Origin: Synergistales bacterium
GTDB lineage: Bacteria; Synergistota; Synergistia; Synergistales; JAFGMB01
DNA: 64,000 bases
Assembly (NCBI GenBank): GCA_963666205.1
Contig: OY762654.1
Coordinates: 2,464,001-2,528,000 of the forward strand
Direction of reading: 5' to 3'
Shown here: piece after piece, positions 8,714 to 17,880 of the stretch
How the letters are laid out: the number at the start of each line of letters is the position of its first letter
Position numbering within the stretch: position 1 is the stretch's first letter
Translations under genes and position numbers: made by a program
Notes under the pieces: generated by a model
Databases searched by the model: none
What the model was told of the DNA's origin: nothing
Seen by the model: the letters and a program-made list of their open reading frames with translations, nothing else

Positions 8714-10510
8714 ATGAAAAGAAATTCTCTTGTTTTTATGATGATCTTCTTTCTCTTTATCCAGATATTTCTGGTATTTTCTTTTTCCGAAAGATCTGAT
8801 GCAGATAATGCTTCTGGATCGGATATTTCTATAGAACACCTGAAAAATATTGACCTGTCCGAGAAGGATGGAACAGAGATCTGTTCATTTGTTTTCTCCT
8901 TGTTAAGGAGTGATGCTGCTGAAATTCTTCCCGAAAGCCTATCCATTGACAGGGTCCCCAGGATGGTCTGCATCTCTGTGTCTGATGGGGAAAAGCCCTT
9001 CACCGTTTTCCCCGGGGCGGGACACGGAATTGTAGATGCTCTGAATGTCGCAATTTCAAAGGTCCCTGATCCTGTAAGGCTAAAAGCCAGGTTTATTGTT
9101 TTTGATGTTATAAATCGGGTAACCAGGGTTAATAAACCTCCTGATGCTGGGGAAATTGTTCTTCAGCCTGGGATAGAGGGTCTTATTACGGATAAGGGAT
9201 GTTTTCTGCCTTCCCAGCTTTTATATGGTGGAATTATAGATAGCAGGGGGAGGGTAAATACGGGGAACCTTTTCTCAACCTTTAATGGATGGAAGATCCC
9301 CCTGTCTATCGAGGCGGCTAAAGAGAATTCAGGGTCCACTCGTTTCTGGATATTTACCCCAACTTCATTTTTCTCTGATGGAAAAACTGTTCTTCCTCTT
9401 TTCCGGGGCCATGGAATTTTTACCGATCTTACGGAAGAATTGCTTCTTGAAAGAATAAACCTGGGGGTAGGATATCTTGAACGATCAGTTAATCCAACCG
9501 GAGCCTTTGATTACAGTTACCAGTCCGATAAAGGAAAAGTCAACAGCGGGTACAATATTCTCAGACATTGCGGAACCCTTTATTCCATGCTGGAAGTATA
9601 TGAAATATCTCGTGATGACGGAATTCTTGGAAAGGCAAGATCGGCCATAGAATATCTTTTGAAACAGATAAGAGAAGATCGAACAGGAGGAATCAGGGTT
9701 GCCCTGGTGGAGGAGGGAGGATCCGTAAAGCTGGGTGGAAATGCTCTGGCCATAATAGCCCTTGCAAAATACACTGAAGTTACAGGAGATCAAGTATATC
9801 TTCCTCTTCTGAGAAGACTGGGGAAATGGATGCAGGTCATCCAGGAACCGGAAGGTAAATTTGGTATACACAAGATGGCCTATCCCTCTGGCAAGGTTTC
9901 CTCTTTTGTTTCATCATATTATCCAGGAGAGGCTATCCTCTCTCTTGTAAGGCTTTATTCTCTGGATAAAGATCCACTCTGGCTGGATATTGCTGAAGGG
10001 GCAGCGAAGTACCTGATCACCATCAGGGATGGAAGGCGGACCGACTCTCAACTTCCTCATGACCACTGGCTCCTTTATGGTTTGAACGAGCTTTACCGTT
10101 ATCGCAAGAACCCCCTTTATGTCAGACATTCCTTAAGAATAGCCGATGCGATTATATCGAAGCAGAACAGCGGAAACAGGTTTCCGGATTGGGAGGGAGG
10201 ATATTACAGTCCTCCGGGTTCGACTCCGACCGCGACCAGAACCGAGGGTTTATGTGCTGCGTATAGACTGGTGCAATATACTGGAAAGACTGAAAAAGAG
10301 GCAGAATATCTTTCTGCTATCCAAAAGGGAGTAACCTTTCAGCTCAATACCCAGATTGGAGAAGAGAATGCATGGTATTTCCCTGATCCTATGCGTTCTC
10401 TCGGTGGTTTCAGGAAAAGCCTTACTGATGGGGAGATCAGAATAGACTATGTTCAGCATAATCTGTCCGCACTGATGGGATTGCTCCGGATCCAAAGGGA
10501 AGGAAAGTAG
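8714..10510 (+). CDS. Secreted hypothetical protein with a possible AMMECR1-like N-terminal region and an alpha/alpha-toroid-like C-terminal domain
   Basis: N-terminal signal/TM segment; PG.EGL....FLP motif; YNILRH.GT.YSM, KLGGNAL, YYPGEA, HDHWL, RIDYVQHN motifs. Paralogous to 11675-12886. Confidence 0.6.
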   Translation: MKRNSLVFMMIFFLFIQIFLVFSFSERSDADNASGSDISIEHLKNIDLSEKDGTEICSFVFSLLRSDAAEILPESLSIDRVPRMVCISVSDGEKPFTVFPGAGHGIVDALNVAISKVPDPVRLKARFIVFDVINRVTRVNKPPDAGEIVLQPGIEGLITDKGCFLPSQLLYGGIIDSRGRVNTGNLFSTFNGWKIPLSIEAAKENSGSTRFWIFTPTSFFSDGKTVLPLFRGHGIFTDLTEELLLERINLGVGYLERSVNPTGAFDYSYQSDKGKVNSGYNILRHCGTLYSMLEVYEISRDDGILGKARSAIEYLLKQIREDRTGGIRVALVEEGGSVKLGGNALAIIALAKYTEVTGDQVYLPLLRRLGKWMQVIQEPEGKFGIHKMAYPSGKVSSFVSSYYPGEAILSLVRLYSLDKDPLWLDIAEGAAKYLITIRDGRRTDSQLPHDHWLLYGLNELYRYRKNPLYVRHSLRIADAIISKQNSGNRFPDWEGGYYSPPGSTPTATRTEGLCAAYRLVQYTGKTEKEAEYLSAIQKGVTFQLNTQIGEENAWYFPDPMRSLGGFRKSLTDGEIRIDYVQHNLSALMGLLRIQREGK

Positions 10511-10515
10511 TTTTC

Positions 10516-11646
10516 ATGCTGACATGGAGACGTTCAGTTCTCTTCTGGGGATTATTGTTATTCACAGTCTGTTTTCCTGGGTCAGCCCTTGGTTCGGGGA
10601 CAAGAATACTTTTTCTTGGTGATCTCAGCTTTGGGGAAAACTACGGTACCATCAGGGGAGTCGATACAATAAGCGGAAACATGCGTTACACCTATCCACT
10701 TGAGAAATTCCGGTCCATTCTTGCAGATGCATTTATTGCTATTGCTAACCTGGAGACACCAGTAACAGATGACCTTTCCCAACCTGTAGTGAATAAAACA
10801 TATCTTCACTGGACTCATCCGGTCAAGGCACCTGAGGCCCTGGTCAAACATAATATTAAAGTAGCATCTCTCGCAAATAACCATAGTCTGGATTATGGCT
10901 ATCCAGGCCTTGAAGATACCTTGGAATATCTGGATTCCCGGGGTATATCCCGAATGGGTGCAGGAATGGACCAGAAGGCTGCCCAGAGTCCTTTCCATTT
11001 TAAGATGGAGATAGATGGAGACTCTCTGGACTGCTTTGTAATAGCAGCTTTTGAGCATCATAAGAGTTATGAGAAATACAATTTTTATGCAGAAGAGGGA
11101 AAACCGGGTGTCTATGTTTTGGATCCTTTCCTGATATCACTTCAGATCAGGAATATCAGGTCAGAATATCCTGATGCTTTCATCATCCTTTTTCCCCACT
11201 GGGGCAATAACTACTCCTGGAGATCCAGAAAACAGCAGGAAATAGCTCATAAACTCATAGAAGAAGGTGCAGATATTATCCTGGGGCATGGTGCTCATAT
11301 GATGCAGGAGATAGAATACTACAACGATAAATGGATAGTGTATAGTCTGGGGAATTTCATGTTCAATTCTCAGGGCAGGTATGGGAAATACAATGTTGAT
11401 CCAATAAGCCTGATAGCTCAGCTTGAATTCATAAATTCTGAAAATGAGGGAAATATACAACTGAAACTCTATCCAATAATTACTGATAACAGAATAACCC
11501 GATACCAGGGCTATTTTGTCGACAATCCCACTTTTAAGAAAGTGGTCAGGACCCTCGTGGAAAAGGATGATTCAGGAAGTCTCCAGGAAAAGCTTATTCT
11601 GGATCACGATCGTTTTGGACATTATATCGGACTGACAGTAAGATGA
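10516..11646 (+). CDS. CapA/PgsA family (PGA_cap) metallophosphatase-fold protein, secreted
   Basis: GD, NLETP, SLANNH.LDYG, PHWG, GADIILGHGAH, YSLGNF motifs; signal peptide. Confidence 0.9.
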   Translation: MLTWRRSVLFWGLLLFTVCFPGSALGSGTRILFLGDLSFGENYGTIRGVDTISGNMRYTYPLEKFRSILADAFIAIANLETPVTDDLSQPVVNKTYLHWTHPVKAPEALVKHNIKVASLANNHSLDYGYPGLEDTLEYLDSRGISRMGAGMDQKAAQSPFHFKMEIDGDSLDCFVIAAFEHHKSYEKYNFYAEEGKPGVYVLDPFLISLQIRNIRSEYPDAFIILFPHWGNNYSWRSRKQQEIAHKLIEEGADIILGHGAHMMQEIEYYNDKWIVYSLGNFMFNSQGRYGKYNVDPISLIAQLEFINSENEGNIQLKLYPIITDNRITRYQGYFVDNPTFKKVVRTLVEKDDSGSLQEKLILDHDRFGHYIGLTVR

Positions 11647-11674
11647 CTCTTTTCCGGAAATATGGAGGTTTATC

Positions 11675-12886
11675 ATGAAAATATGGAATAGATCAGTTTC
11701 GAACAAGAAATATCTGTTATTCCTTATCTTCTTCTGCCTGTATTTTCTTCATTTCCAGACTGCGGAGGGGACTGAAAAAATCATTCAGCTGGACAGGCGC
11801 ATCCTTGATAAGTCTCTTCAAATAGGAACAGATTTCATGATCAGTCATCAGAAAAATGAGGGCAATTTCAATTATGAGTATGACTGGATCAATAAAACCT
11901 TCACCAAGGGTGACAGTGAAGTCAGGCAGGCAGGTGCTGCCTGGGGGCTCGCTCTTATATATTCCGAAACAGGGCAGGATAAAGTTTTGAAGGCTCTTGA
12001 AAAGGCTCTTTTCTTTTTTGAAGATAATTCGAGAGTTACCCTGAATGGGGAGAGGTATATCAGTTATCCTGGAGCATCTGAAGGCAGTACAGGGACGGTA
12101 GCACTCTGTGCGCTTGCTCATATAGAGCTTTTGAGTTCCCTGGAAGAAGGAATTCTTGAAAAAGAAAGAATGGATCGCTACCGCACCGTCCTGGATGGGT
12201 ATCTTGCATTTCTTGTGAAAGCAAGGGATAACAACGGTCTATGGCATAGAAGTTATTCTACGCTTACGGGCAAACCCTACGGTCCTTCTTCCCCCTATTT
12301 TGATGGGGAAAGTCTTCTTGCCCTGACCAAGGCTGTTAAATATCTTGGGATGAAGGAACTTGTCCCTGTAATCATAAGTTCTGCAGAGTCAGGATATGTT
12401 CTAAACGTCAGGGAGGCGCTTGAGAAGAACCCGGATTCAAATACAACAAAGGGTTATTTCCAGTGGGCATCAATGTCATATTATGAATTGGCTGAACTTG
12501 GTCTTGATAATTCAGACTCCTACGGAGAGCGGCTTATGGAGTTGAGTGACTGGATGATCGATGTGCATAAGACATTGAGGCGAACCAGGAATACTGCCTA
12601 TGCTTACGAGGGTATTATACATGCCTACCAATGGGCCAGGGTCAAAGGCTATTCTTTAAAAGCAGAAAAATACCGTGATACCATTGAGAAGGGATTGGGG
12701 AAACTCTCAACATGGCAGGTAGGCAGTCCAGTGGCTAACTCATTCATAAGAAAACATCCCACTGCCGATCCTCTCGCTATTGGTGGTGTTCAGAACCACG
12801 GGAGCGAATCTCCCCTGCGGATCGATGTTACTCAACACCAGATGCACGCTGTTATTCTTGCCAGGCGTTATGTTTTCGATAAATGA
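11675..12886 (+). CDS. Secreted hypothetical alpha/alpha-toroid-like protein, paralog of the 8714-10510 C-terminal domain
   Basis: G.F.Y.Y, YF.GE.LL.L, EG...AY, GG......RID.TQH motifs shared with 8714-10510; signal peptide. Confidence 0.6.
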   Translation: MKIWNRSVSNKKYLLFLIFFCLYFLHFQTAEGTEKIIQLDRRILDKSLQIGTDFMISHQKNEGNFNYEYDWINKTFTKGDSEVRQAGAAWGLALIYSETGQDKVLKALEKALFFFEDNSRVTLNGERYISYPGASEGSTGTVALCALAHIELLSSLEEGILEKERMDRYRTVLDGYLAFLVKARDNNGLWHRSYSTLTGKPYGPSSPYFDGESLLALTKAVKYLGMKELVPVIISSAESGYVLNVREALEKNPDSNTTKGYFQWASMSYYELAELGLDNSDSYGERLMELSDWMIDVHKTLRRTRNTAYAYEGIIHAYQWARVKGYSLKAEKYRDTIEKGLGKLSTWQVGSPVANSFIRKHPTADPLAIGGVQNHGSESPLRIDVTQHQMHAVILARRYVFDK

Positions 12887-12926
12887 TCTTGTGTTGGTGC
12901 GTTTTACATAAAGGAGCGATATTAAA

Positions 12927-13859
12927 TTGGGCGATATAAGGGTAGGGACATGTTCCTGGACAGATAGGTCTCTCATTGCCAGCGGGTGGTATCCGGAGAA
13001 TGCCAGGGATGCGTCAGGGAGACTGAAATATTATTCATCCAGTTTCAATGCTGTAGAAGTGGACAGCACCTTTTACGCCATTCCTGATGAAAGCAGGACC
13101 TACAGCTGGATAGCCAGGACCCCTCCCGATTTCAAATTCAATATCAAGGCCTATGGTCTTTTTACCTTCCATTCCGTCAATTTTGCTACTCTCCCTTTGT
13201 GGGTCAGAAAAGAAATCCATATTCAGGATGAAAAAAAGATCAGGTTTTCTGATCTTCCCCGATCCATTCGATTTGAACTCTGGAAAAATTTTGAAAAAGT
13301 TATCCTTCCTCTCCATAAAACAGGAAAAATGGGTTACCTCCTTTTCCAACTTCCTCCCTGGGCTGCATACTCAGAAAGAATGATCCGGTACATGAGAAGA
13401 GTTGCAGAAGTTGCCTCCGATTTCAGGATCGCAGTAGAAATAAGAAATTCATCCTGGTTAGCAGACGGGAACAGAGAACAATTTCTCGACCTGCTCAGGG
13501 AATTCAATATTGCCTACGTCGTGGTTGATGAACCGGAACTTGACTGGACGGTCAGGCCCGAACTCTATATTACTGCGACCTGGGGTTCTGTGGTCAGATT
13601 TCATGGAAGGAACAGCGAAGCATGGTCCCGAAAAGGGGCTGCAGTTCAGGAAAGATTTAAATATCTTTATAATGAGTCGGAACTTATACCCTGGAAAAAT
13701 TCGGTGCTGGATATTTCTTCCCAGGTAGGTACCGTTTATGCAATGTTCAACAACTGTTTCAGGAATTATGCTGTAACTAATGCCACTCAGTTGAAGGGAC
13801 TCCTCGGGTTTGATATTCCTCTGTTAAAAGGTCATCAGAAAGATCTGGGATTAAAGTAA
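12927..13859 (+). CDS. DUF72 domain protein
   Basis: IRVGTCSW, L..Y...F..VEVDSTFY..P, LFQ.PP, AVE.R..SW, VRFHGRN, Y.Y...EL..W, FNN motifs. Confidence 0.92.
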   Translation: MGDIRVGTCSWTDRSLIASGWYPENARDASGRLKYYSSSFNAVEVDSTFYAIPDESRTYSWIARTPPDFKFNIKAYGLFTFHSVNFATLPLWVRKEIHIQDEKKIRFSDLPRSIRFELWKNFEKVILPLHKTGKMGYLLFQLPPWAAYSERMIRYMRRVAEVASDFRIAVEIRNSSWLADGNREQFLDLLREFNIAYVVVDEPELDWTVRPELYITATWGSVVRFHGRNSEAWSRKGAAVQERFKYLYNESELIPWKNSVLDISSQVGTVYAMFNNCFRNYAVTNATQLKGLLGFDIPLLKGHQKDLGLK

Positions 13860-13980
13860 GAAAAGCTTTCCCTAATGCCTGTTTTCGAGTATAATGAAGT
13901 TCTGATATCATTATATCAAGGTGAATAGCTAAAGAGATGAGTATCTTTTCTTTTTCTTAACGTATGAAAGAGGGGAGATT

Positions 13981-15477
13981 ATGTTAAGAAAAATATTGGG
14001 GTTCTTTCTGTTAGGGTGTATATTGCTTATCTTTTCCAGTTGTAGCCTTTATGCTGGAGAATACCTGCTTATGTTGAGAGATGGTCCGGATCAGATAGAA
14101 CTTCTATCTCCCTCTTCGATTGAGAATGATCTGGATCGAGTTTTAGAGGAATCAGGAGTTATAGGTTTTCTGAAAAGAAGATTTTATTCTCGGGTTGGCC
14201 TGCTTCATGTGAGCATAAAAGAGGAAGATGCCATAAAACTGAATTCCTGTGAAGGGTTCCTGATCATTCCAGCTGAACGGAAACTTTATCCTTCGATCAT
14301 TAGCAGTGAGAGCGATAAGAAACTGGATCTTTCAGCGATACCGTGGCATGTTGAAATATCCCTTCCCCTCTCTGAATTTGCCCATGATGCTGACGCCGAC
14401 TTTGCTGATGTCAGGGTCTTTGTACTCGATACAGGTGTTCAGAAGGATCATCCCCTGCTGAAGGATCAACTCGATATGGTTTTTGCACGCCACTTTTTTG
14501 AAGTTTATTCCGGCGATGAACTTGTCAGTATTGAATCAGATGAGGATGTTTCTGATTCTGATGGACACGGTACGTTTGTAAGTGGTGTCGTGGCTGGCAG
14601 CTCTACAGGTGTATCACCTGAAACCCTGGTTGTTCCCGTCAAGGCGAGTAACCAGGAGGGATCCATGACCCTCCTGGCCCTTGCTGCTGCAGTAGATTAC
14701 ATCCTTGATCTGAAGGATGGGGTCATGGCATCTAAAGGTCTGATAGTCAACCTCAGTTTCAATTCCGGACCGGGAGAAGATAAAACCCTTGAGGCATTCT
14801 TTGACAGTATCCTTCTTTCACTCGCAAGATCTGAAGTTCTTTTCATATGTTCTGCCGGTAATGGTACTGTAGGGGTAGGTACTGATGTGGATTCTATCCC
14901 AGTCTATCCTACGTACAACGAGTCTGAAAATTTTCTCAGTGTCGCTTCCGTTCATGAAACCGGATTCCTTGACCTGTTTTCAAATTATGGGAAAAGAACT
15001 GTTGAGATAGCAGCTCCAGGGTCCAGCATAGTAACAACCAATAAAGATCTTGGAACTTCCGTTGTAAGCGGTACGTCTTTTGCGAGTCCCTTTGCTGCAG
15101 GGATAGCTTCGATCATCTGGTCCCTCGATCCATCCCTCGAATACTGGCAGGTCAGGAATCTACTTATCCATGCCGTACGGGGGAAAGATATAGATGAAAA
15201 TTTCATCGATGAATACGCAGGTACCTCTCCAGAGTTCCTTTTTCTTCTTCCTTCTGTATTATCGCAGTCTGATTATGGAACTCTTCCCTTGAGCGTAATT
15301 TCAGGAAAGGCCCTTTATCCATCCATAATCGCCAATGGAGATAGTCCTTCACAACCTTCTGAACCAGACCCTGAGATTCCGGGGGGGGGAGGCTGCAATG
15401 CCTTTTCCCTGACTTGGTTTGTATTAATGTTTTTCCCTTTCCTGATATGTCTCCTGGGGAGAAAGGGTGGGATCTAG
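13981..15477 (+). CDS. S8 family subtilisin-like serine peptidase with a Synergist-CTERM-type sorting signal
   Basis: Catalytic triad motifs VLDTG, GHGT.VSG, SGTSFASP; signal peptide; C-terminal PGGGGCNA + TM + RK. Confidence 0.9.
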   Translation: MLRKILGFFLLGCILLIFSSCSLYAGEYLLMLRDGPDQIELLSPSSIENDLDRVLEESGVIGFLKRRFYSRVGLLHVSIKEEDAIKLNSCEGFLIIPAERKLYPSIISSESDKKLDLSAIPWHVEISLPLSEFAHDADADFADVRVFVLDTGVQKDHPLLKDQLDMVFARHFFEVYSGDELVSIESDEDVSDSDGHGTFVSGVVAGSSTGVSPETLVVPVKASNQEGSMTLLALAAAVDYILDLKDGVMASKGLIVNLSFNSGPGEDKTLEAFFDSILLSLARSEVLFICSAGNGTVGVGTDVDSIPVYPTYNESENFLSVASVHETGFLDLFSNYGKRTVEIAAPGSSIVTTNKDLGTSVVSGTSFASPFAAGIASIIWSLDPSLEYWQVRNLLIHAVRGKDIDENFIDEYAGTSPEFLFLLPSVLSQSDYGTLPLSVISGKALYPSIIANGDSPSQPSEPDPEIPGGGGCNAFSLTWFVLMFFPFLICLLGRKGGI

Positions 15478-15536
15478 GACTCTTTTCCTGCTTATCTACA
15501 TGGTCATGAGGGTATGAACCGAGGCAGGAAAACTTT

Positions 15537-16277
15537 TTATCTGAATTCGACCTGATTGTGCTTCTTAAAGGGGTTTGTCCTCAGGGCAAAGGAGTAGAGA
15601 TAGGGATATTCTTCTTTCAGATGTTTCATGTATTCCAGCCATTCAATGCAGAGCAGGCCATATGCCCTTTCAGCGTCACCTCGAAGGTGTTCCAGGTCCT
15701 CGTCAGGAGTTGTGTCTATAGTTTCTCGGGCAGTAAGTTCCATAGAGAAGTGATAAATGGACCAAAGCATGTCTGTGAGAGCTTCATGTTCTTTAAGGGC
15801 AGGATTTGCAAGCATACCGATAATGTAATCCCTGTGATCATTCAGAAAATCTTTCAGTTCTCCCAGGTTACTTCTGTTACATGCCAGGCAGACCTCCCTC
15901 GAAGATATATTTCTCCGTACGCTGGCAAAATTATTTTTATCCCACGAATCATCTACGGCTACAAGGTCCTGGATCTCTCCTCTTGACATGTCGAAAATGG
16001 CCATTTTTCTCAGGAGCTCATTTCCTATTTCGTGGAAAAATGTGCCCAGAGCCAGGTATGTTTTCTGAGTCTGTTCCTGTTTTGTCCGCATTTCAAGGAT
16101 CTGGTTTAAAAAGAGGGTTAGAAAAAGGACTGATATGGGGGCGAAGGCAAGGTTGTTGATCAGCAGTTTAAAGATAAAACGGGGTTCATCGAATATAAAA
16201 AAATGGATAAGATAGAGCACTATGGATACAAACAGTAATATGATCGTGAATTGGGCCTTCCAGCTTATTTTCTGCAA
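15537..16277 (-). CDS. Hypothetical membrane protein (two N-terminal TM helices)
   Basis: 246-aa ORF with RBS GAGG; hydrophobic N-terminus; C-terminal EWL.YM.HLK..YPYLYS...RTNPF. Confidence 0.75.
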   Translation of the reverse strand: MQKISWKAQFTIILLFVSIVLYLIHFFIFDEPRFIFKLLINNLAFAPISVLFLTLFLNQILEMRTKQEQTQKTYLALGTFFHEIGNELLRKMAIFDMSRGEIQDLVAVDDSWDKNNFASVRRNISSREVCLACNRSNLGELKDFLNDHRDYIIGMLANPALKEHEALTDMLWSIYHFSMELTARETIDTTPDEDLEHLRGDAERAYGLLCIEWLEYMKHLKEEYPYLYSFALRTNPFKKHNQVEFR

Positions 16278-16306
16278 TTCAAACTTCCTCTCATTTTAAG
16301 CTCTGA

Positions 16307-16468
16307 TCAAAGGGTTCCCTGTTTCTCATCCTTTCCACCGGTTTCCCTCTTATCCAGGAAGGAATTCATGCATTTTCCACACCCGTGACACCCCTTTGAA
16401 CAGGACTTCCCATTATAGGCAAGAAAAAGACATAACCCAAGGGGTACCAGAAAAATGAAATATTTCAT
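16307..16468 (-). CDS. Small Cys-rich membrane protein (53 aa), resembling FeoB-associated Cys-rich peptides; not in the ORF track
   Basis: MKYFIFLVPLGLCLFLAYNGKSCSKGCHGCGKCMNSFLDKRETGGKDEKQGTL; AAAGGA upstream; fills the gap between two co-oriented genes. Confidence 0.65.
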   Translation of the reverse strand: MKYFIFLVPLGLCLFLAYNGKSCSKGCHGCGKCMNSFLDKRETGGKDEKQGTL

Positions 16469-16500
16469 AACATTTTTTTTCCTTTCATTATTTCATCTCG

Positions 16501-16962
16501 TCAGTTTATCTGTTTCTTTATTTTTTCAATTCTTTTCCGGTTAACTCCAAAGTCGGAATATCCAAGTCTTGCTGCTGACCTGTAACGTAGGAGTCCCATT
16601 TGGGTATCGAAATATAATTCCACGTCGTCAATAAAGCCGAATACGGAGCTCCGGCACTCCATCCTTATGTAATCTGTCCTTCTTTCCACGATGGAGCATC
16701 CCTTCAGGGTTTTGAGAAATGACGGAAGTTCTTTCCAGGAACTATCAGTAATTGGAAAGGGTTCCAGGTAATGGGAATCTTTCTCGTCAGTGCAGATGCA
16801 GTTTGGGCTTTCCTTACATGGCGCGAGTCTTCCCTGGTTCAGCCCAAAACTGAAACCCTCAGGCAGAGATGTTATATTTCTGCCGCTTACAGAGTAGATC
16901 CTTCCTGCAATGAAAAGGACCAGTAAAAGAATTAAAAGTGCTATCAGAATATTTTTCAACAT
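16501..16962 (-). CDS. DUF1499 domain protein
   Basis: L.PC..SPNC, S.VFGFIDDVE, RSAARLGYSDFGVNRKRIE motifs. Start chosen after AAGGAG. Confidence 0.9.
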   Translation of the reverse strand: MLKNILIALLILLLVLFIAGRIYSVSGRNITSLPEGFSFGLNQGRLAPCKESPNCICTDEKDSHYLEPFPITDSSWKELPSFLKTLKGCSIVERRTDYIRMECRSSVFGFIDDVELYFDTQMGLLRYRSAARLGYSDFGVNRKRIEKIKKQIN

Positions 16963-17103
16963 ATTCATTCTCCTTAGAGTCACTTGATTATAACGCAGTT
17001 TTATTGTAGAACTTTAACATGACACAGGAGAAATGAGAACCCTGAAATATCTGTTCTCTGAACTCTGTACTGAAAAATGCTTAAACTGAAGGAGGTATCT
17101 GAT

Positions 17104-17880
17104 TTGAATATTTTCACGGTTTTAATCCTTGTTTTATTCCTTTATATGACTGCTTTTTTTATAGTTGCAATGATCAGAAAGGATAATTCTCTGGCTGATA
17201 TAGCCTGGGGCGGGGGTTTTGTGGTCCTTACCATCCTATCCTTTTTTTTCTCTCCCGGAGAAGCAGAGGCAAGGCAGGTCCTTGTAACAGGTCTTGTAAC
17301 AGTCTGGGGAGGGCGTCTGGCACTTCATATTTTACTTAGGAACAGAGGTAAGGGGGAGGATTACCGCTATGCCAAATGGCGCAAGGATTGGGGGAAATCT
17401 TTTGTTCTGAGAAGTTTTCTCCAGGTCTTCATGCTCCAGGGGAGTCTTCTCCTGATTATCGTTTTTTCTCCGGTCTATATTAATCTCAATCCATCACGGG
17501 GTCTTACCTGGTTTGACGGATTAGGACTTCTTGTATGGACTTCCGGTTTTTTCTTTGAAGCTGTTGGAGATTACCAGCTTGGCAAGTTCACGGGGGATCA
17601 GGGCAACAAGGGAAAGGTTATGGATAAGGGTCTCTGGGCTTACACGAGGCATCCGAATTACTTTGGTGAATCGGCCATGTGGTGGGGTATATTCTTCATG
17701 GCTCTCTCCATAGAGGGAGGCTGGATAACTATCGTAAGCCCCATAACAATAACTTTTCTTCTTCTCAAGGTTTCAGGTATACCGATGTTGGAAAAAAAAC
17801 TCATAGAGAATCAAAGGGGATACATTGATTACATGAACAGGACAAGTCCCTTCTTCCCTTGGTTCCCGGGGAAAAAATAA
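17104..17880 (+). CDS. DUF1295 family membrane protein (steroid 5-alpha-reductase-like)
   Basis: D.AWG, WG.RL..H, ED.RY, FE.VGD.QL, GLWAYTRHPNYFGE motifs. TTG start after GGAGGT. Confidence 0.9.
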   Translation: MNIFTVLILVLFLYMTAFFIVAMIRKDNSLADIAWGGGFVVLTILSFFFSPGEAEARQVLVTGLVTVWGGRLALHILLRNRGKGEDYRYAKWRKDWGKSFVLRSFLQVFMLQGSLLLIIVFSPVYINLNPSRGLTWFDGLGLLVWTSGFFFEAVGDYQLGKFTGDQGNKGKVMDKGLWAYTRHPNYFGESAMWWGIFFMALSIEGGWITIVSPITITFLLLKVSGIPMLEKKLIENQRGYIDYMNRTSPFFPWFPGKK

